Shown: piece by piece, positions 60,211-64,000 of the stretch | How the letters are laid out: every line of letters begins with the position of its first letter | Numbering within the stretch: the stretch's first letter is position 1 | Source: Bacteroidales bacterium UBA6680 | GTDB lineage: Bacteria; Bacteroidota; Bacteroidia; Bacteroidales; UBA6680 | Assembly (NCBI GenBank): GCA_002454955.1 | Contig: DKJY01000130.1 | Location: 13,769 to 77,768, forward strand | Length of the DNA stretch: 64,000 nt | Direction: 5' to 3' | Notes under the pieces: generated by a model | What the model saw: only the letters and a program-made list of their open reading frames with translations | Told to the model about the DNA's origin: nothing | Database searches by the model: none | Program-made: the position numbers and the translations under genes

Positions 60211-60342
60211 TAGTATCTTTATTTCAGGAAATAGTATACACTCCTCTTTTATACGCCACATATCTTTGCATCATAATAGTGTAAATTATTTTGGTGTGCA
60301 TAATCATCATCCCAAAATGATGAAAATAAAAGAGTTTAAGAG

Positions 60343-60978
60343 ATGGAGAATATACTTATTATTAATGCTCATCAGAAATATCCAAGTGCCGAAGGCAGAT
60401 TGAATGCAAGTTTGGTTGAACAAGCAGAAATGTTTTTTACTAATAGAGGCGACAGTGTTAAAATCACGAAAATGATTGATGATATTAACATTGATAAAGA
60501 AGTAGAAAAACATGTTTGGGCTGATATAATTATCATTCAAACCCCTGCATATTGGATGGGAGTGCCATGGTCTTTTAAAAAATATATGGACGATGTCTAC
60601 TCAATGGGAACAATGGGTAAATTATGTGATAGTGATGGCAGATCAAGCCAAAATCCTAAAGAAAATTATGGCACAGGAGGTCAATTAAATAACACCAGAT
60701 ACATGCTATCTGTTACATTTAATGCACCAAAAGAGGCCTTTAATAATCCAGATGAATATTTATTTCAAGGAAAATCTGTTGACGATTTATTTGTTTCTAT
60801 GCATTTGTGTATGCGATTTTTTGCTGCTAAAGCTTTACCAACATTCGCTTGCCACGATGTTATTAAGAATCCTGTAATAAAAGAAGATTTTGAACGATTT
60901 GAGGAACATCTGAATAAAACATTTAATGATACTCCCAGCTCCCACATTAGTCAAAAGAACCTAATCAGTAAAATTTAA
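60343..60978 (+). CDS. mdaB: NAD(P)H:quinone oxidoreductase MdaB (flavodoxin-like fold)
   Basis: It is collinear with my recollection of E. coli MdaB: NILIINAHQKYPSAEGRLN, WADIIIIQTPAYWMGVPWSFKKYMDDV, YGTGG, YMLSVTFNAP and LPTFACHDVIK. Confidence 0.85.
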   Translation: MENILIINAHQKYPSAEGRLNASLVEQAEMFFTNRGDSVKITKMIDDINIDKEVEKHVWADIIIIQTPAYWMGVPWSFKKYMDDVYSMGTMGKLCDSDGRSSQNPKENYGTGGQLNNTRYMLSVTFNAPKEAFNNPDEYLFQGKSVDDLFVSMHLCMRFFAAKALPTFACHDVIKNPVIKEDFERFEEHLNKTFNDTPSSHISQKNLISKI

Positions 60979-60990
60979 ATAAATAAGATT

Positions 60991-62034
60991 ATGAAGATAA
61001 CAAAAGTACTTTGTACGATTATTCTTGGCACAATATCTTTGGGATTATTTGCACAGAATGCAGAAAAGCAATCAGACGCGAGCTATAAAATTAGCTTTAC
61101 AGAAGGGCTTAATAAAGTTAATTTCTTAAGTGAAGGAACACGTATGGCTGGCAATTTATTTGTACCTGCTAATTATAGAGAAGATGGAAAACTCAAAGCC
61201 ATTGTAGTAGTAACTCCGGCAGGTGGAGTAAAAGAGCAAACAGCAGGTATTTATGCAGAAAAGCTATCTAAACAAGGTTTTATTGCTCTTGCTTTTGATC
61301 ATAGAACTTTTGGTGAAAGTGGAGGATTGCCTCGTACTATGGAAAATGCTCCGATGAAAGTAGAAGATATCAAGAATGCAATATCATTTATTCGTACTGT
61401 AGCAGGTGTAGATAGAGACAATATTGGACTGTTAGGTATTTGCTCCGGTTCTGGTTATAGTATTCAAACTACAATTTTTGACGACAGAATAAAAGCCTTA
61501 GCAACGGTAAGTGGTTATAACGATTTTGTTGGGTATGGTTTAAGCGGAGCAACACAGTATGGCGATGTATTAACAGGCGATGGAATTGAGCAATTCCAAC
61601 AGCAAATGAAAATGGCTAGTGATGCGCGTCAAAAATATTACGAAACAGGAGAAGTTATTTATGTAGATGCAATACCTGTTAAAGGCTCAGGAAGAGGTGT
61701 TTTCTGGGATAGAGCTGCTGATTATTACAGAAATCCAGAAAGAGGAGCAGTTGATAATTATAGTCCTTTGCGTGCTGCAATTTCATTGGATACTCGTTAC
61801 TTCTTCAATGCCCTTGAGCACATGAATTTAATGAGAGACACACCTTTCTTGGCAGTTGCGGGATCTGTAGCATTATCAATAGGACAAAGCGAAGCAGCTG
61901 TAAAAAATGCTATTGGTGACAAAGAATTATTTAAGGTAAAGGATGCAACTCACTTTGATCTTTACGATCAAGATTGGGCTGTGGATCAAGCAATAGAGAA
62001 ATTAAACGATTTCTACGGTAAGAAACTAAAATAA
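60991..62034 (+). CDS. Secreted alpha/beta hydrolase, dienelactone-hydrolase-like
   Basis: It has a signal peptide and an alpha/beta-fold core (AIVVVTPAGG, FDHRTFGESGG). The nucleophile elbow GICSGSG fits either a G-x-C-x-G or a Ser variant. Confidence 0.75.
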   Translation: MKITKVLCTIILGTISLGLFAQNAEKQSDASYKISFTEGLNKVNFLSEGTRMAGNLFVPANYREDGKLKAIVVVTPAGGVKEQTAGIYAEKLSKQGFIALAFDHRTFGESGGLPRTMENAPMKVEDIKNAISFIRTVAGVDRDNIGLLGICSGSGYSIQTTIFDDRIKALATVSGYNDFVGYGLSGATQYGDVLTGDGIEQFQQQMKMASDARQKYYETGEVIYVDAIPVKGSGRGVFWDRAADYYRNPERGAVDNYSPLRAAISLDTRYFFNALEHMNLMRDTPFLAVAGSVALSIGQSEAAVKNAIGDKELFKVKDATHFDLYDQDWAVDQAIEKLNDFYGKKLK

Positions 62035-62065
62035 GTAATCTTACTGACACAAAAGTATAGTACAT

Positions 62066-62101
62066 AAAAATGGATTTCGAATGTTACGGAATCCATTTTT
62101 T
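62066..62101 (+). terminator. Rho-independent terminator
   Basis: AAAAATGGATT..CG aatgtta CGGAATCCATTTTT has one mismatch in the stem and is followed by a T run. Confidence 0.6.
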
Positions 62102-62417
62102 AAAGTAGGATAAAACAAACTAGTTGATTAAATTTTTAATACATAATTTAAGGATAATAAATAACAGCAAACTACTCATAGCAGAGTAGGTAAAGAGTAG
62201 TCTCATCATTAATGATATTTATTAATGGCATTATCTACCATATTACCACATGCGTTATTCCGATCTTTATGTACCCAACAATAAACAGAATTTGTTTAGT
62301 TTGATAAATGAGTTAAATAGGATAAATTTAAAAAGAAAAAATTAGCTGCAACATTAAATAAATAGTATTAAAACAACGTTTATTATTACCGTTGACACTA
62401 ATTTAAAAGAAATCTAA

Positions 62418-64000
62418 ATGGGCAAATTCCTGAGTATATTATTACTACTTGTGACTATCTCCTCTTTCGGGCAAACAGAAATTACCACTAAAGTTGATTC
62501 GCTGCTTAAATCAAAAATAGAATCTGAATTCGCTCCAGGAATAACTATTGGCATAGTAAAAGGTAATAAACTAATATATCACAATAGTTCAGGATGCATG
62601 AATCTTGAGTATAATGTCCCGTATAATGACTCAACAGTATTTGGGTTAGCCTCTGTTACCAAACAGTTTACAACTGCATGTATCGGAGTGCTTGAGGCAC
62701 AAGGAAGGCTATCTGTAAATGATGATATAAGAACATATATCCCGGAACTGGCATATCACAACGATACCATCAGGATCAAACATCTGCTAAATCATACAAG
62801 TGGAATTAGAAATCATAATGTTTTATTAGATCTAAAAGGATTTGATTATGAGCATAGAGGCTATACAAATAAAATGATTCAGGAACTTATGTTCCGCCAG
62901 AGAGGGGTAAATAACTTACCAGGTGCCAAAGTGTTATACTCTAACACAAACTATGTTCTGCTGGCATTGGTTGTTGAAAGGGTATCTGGTAATAAGCTCC
63001 ATGAGTTTGCCAGGAATGAGCTATTCACCCCATTAAATATGAAACAAACATTTTACATGAGTGATATCAGAGCTGTAATCAAAAACAGAGCTTATCCGTA
63101 TTACAAAGAGAAAGACAGATACAAACAACCCAAAACACTTACTCTATGCGTTGGTGCAGGCGAAATGGGGAGTACTGTTTATGACTTATCGCTTTGGTCA
63201 CAGGTATTTTTAAATCCTCATCATAAGTTCTCTTACCTAAAAGATTTTATCACGCATCAAGATACACTTATCAGCGGTGAGCTAATGAGTCATGCAAGAG
63301 GTATGTTTGTTTCGCCATATAAGGGTTATACTACCTATAACCACAGCGGACGAGGCTTAGGTATGCGTTCACAGTTTATATGTGTTCCTGAATTAAACAT
63401 TGGAGTTATTGTATATACCAACTCAGAACATATAAATGCCGTAAGTACTTCATACCAAATCTTAGACCTGTTTATAGACAAAACAGAAATGGTAAAGAAG
63501 AGAGCTACGCTAAGTAAAAAATACAAAAATAAGAAGTTAAAGAGATATGTTGGAACTTATCAGGAGCTAAATAGCGATTTAAGGATGACTATTTTTATCG
63601 AAAGAGATACCTTAAAAGCCATTAGTAGTTTTGGTAATGATCCTGTTCCGCTTATTTACAAAGGAGATAATAGGTTTTGTCGTCAGAACAATTCATTTGT
63701 AACATATTCCTTTATATTACAAACATATTCAGAAACAGACTTGCAGGTTGATTTTGGTGGAGCAATATTCTATTTTGAACGTATAGAGCTTTCAAAAAAA
63801 CCAGATGTTAACCTACAGCAATATACAGGAATCTATTATTCTAAAGAGCTTGATGTTACATACAACATAACCTTGTCTGACAATAAACTGATACTAAATT
63901 ATCCTAATAATGAGAATATAGTTCTGCGCGAAGGGGAAGAGAATGTATTTGGTGCAAATAGAAGAACAAAATACTCCTTTTTAAAAAATAAAAAGGGAGA
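62418..64000 (+). CDS. Secreted beta-lactamase-fold serine hydrolase, 3'-partial (runs off the window; absent from the ORF track because no stop is reached)
   Basis: My manual translation from the ATG at 62418 is open to position 64000. It reads MGKFLSILLLLVTISSFGQ (signal), ASVTKQF (SxxK), YSNTNY (YxN) and HSGRG (a KTG-like motif). Confidence 0.85.
   Translation, partial: MGKFLSILLLLVTISSFGQTEITTKVDSLLKSKIESEFAPGITIGIVKGNKLIYHNSSGCMNLEYNVPYNDSTVFGLASVTKQFTTACIGVLEAQGRLSVNDDIRTYIPELAYHNDTIRIKHLLNHTSGIRNHNVLLDLKGFDYEHRGYTNKMIQELMFRQRGVNNLPGAKVLYSNTNYVLLALVVERVSGNKLHEFARNELFTPLNMKQTFYMSDIRAVIKNRAYPYYKEKDRYKQPKTLTLCVGAGEMGSTVYDLSLWSQVFLNPHHKFSYLKDFITHQDTLISGELMSHARGMFVSPYKGYTTYNHSGRGLGMRSQFICVPELNIGVIVYTNSEHINAVSTSYQILDLFIDKTEMVKKRATLSKKYKNKKLKRYVGTYQELNSDLRMTIFIERDTLKAISSFGNDPVPLIYKGDNRFCRQNNSFVTYSFILQTYSETDLQVDFGGAIFYFERIELSKKPDVNLQQYTGIYYSKELDVTYNITLSDNKLILNYPNNENIVLREGEENVFGANRRTKYSFLKNKKG

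Noticed and set aside
681-63526. Numerous 60-137-aa ORFs in the track nested antisense or out of frame inside long, well-supported genes (for example 2177..2470, 3265..3498, 15935..16210, 28431..28649, 34869..35204, 56933..57346)
   Set aside because: They lie entirely within confidently assigned CDSs. They have biased low-complexity composition and no independent start, stop or regulatory signals.
1-64000. rRNA, tRNA, tmRNA, transposase, integrase, toxin-antitoxin or known defence-system genes
   Set aside because: I scanned the intergenic regions and ORF translations by eye and recognised none. In particular I saw no tRNA-like T-arm motif in the non-coding stretches. Only a computational scan (tRNAscan-SE, Infernal, defence-system HMMs) could exclude them fully.

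Overview
This is an AT-rich chromosomal window that looks like Bacteroidota. The evidence is T9SS sorting domains, lipoprotein signals of the L-x-S-C type, many LytTR and AraC regulators, and a textbook TTG-N19-TAnnTTTG promoter in front of the HU gene.

Positions 1 to about 46,250 are ordinary core or semi-core genome on both strands. They hold mutS2, htpG, ung, HU, a SpoU/TrmH methyltransferase, an agmatinase plus pyruvoyl arginine decarboxylase pair, M49 and S9 peptidases, a LytTR two-component pair, a second LytTR response regulator, an orphan OmpR-type response regulator and a large PAS-rich hybrid kinase. They also hold a 1,677-aa Calx-beta/HYR surface protein and a T9SS cadherin-repeat protein. 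No rRNA, tRNA, CRISPR array, transposase or integrase was recognised.

From about 46,250 to the window end the architecture changes. Fourteen unrelated accessory genes plus one AraC-family gene remnant all lie on the + strand:
- a MATE efflux pump
- two beta-lactamase-fold hydrolases
- two AraC regulators plus the AraC remnant
- a DNA-alkylation-repair protein and a DUF3795 protein
- an SDR
- a PLP decarboxylase
- MdaB
- a dienelactone-hydrolase-like protein
- three hypotheticals

These genes are separated by a mosaic of recurring non-coding modules:
- Module A is stop-codon-proximal and rich in hairpins.
- Module B is start-proximal and carries a palindrome plus a Bacteroidota-type promoter.
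- A shared 5' leader contains a conserved mini-ORF.
- A 105-bp tandem array has eight phased units.

This cassette-array-like organisation is the most interesting signal in the window. It does not match canonical integron attC sites, and I cannot assign it to a described system.

Other notable items:
- a 10 x 22 bp tandem array between the orphan response regulator and the giant adhesin
- the adhesin ending exactly where a T9SS type-B sorting domain should begin
- a mutS2 operon containing a kinase-fold::RapZ-C-terminal fusion and a 44-codon Cys-rich ORF
- two pseudo-receiver proteins
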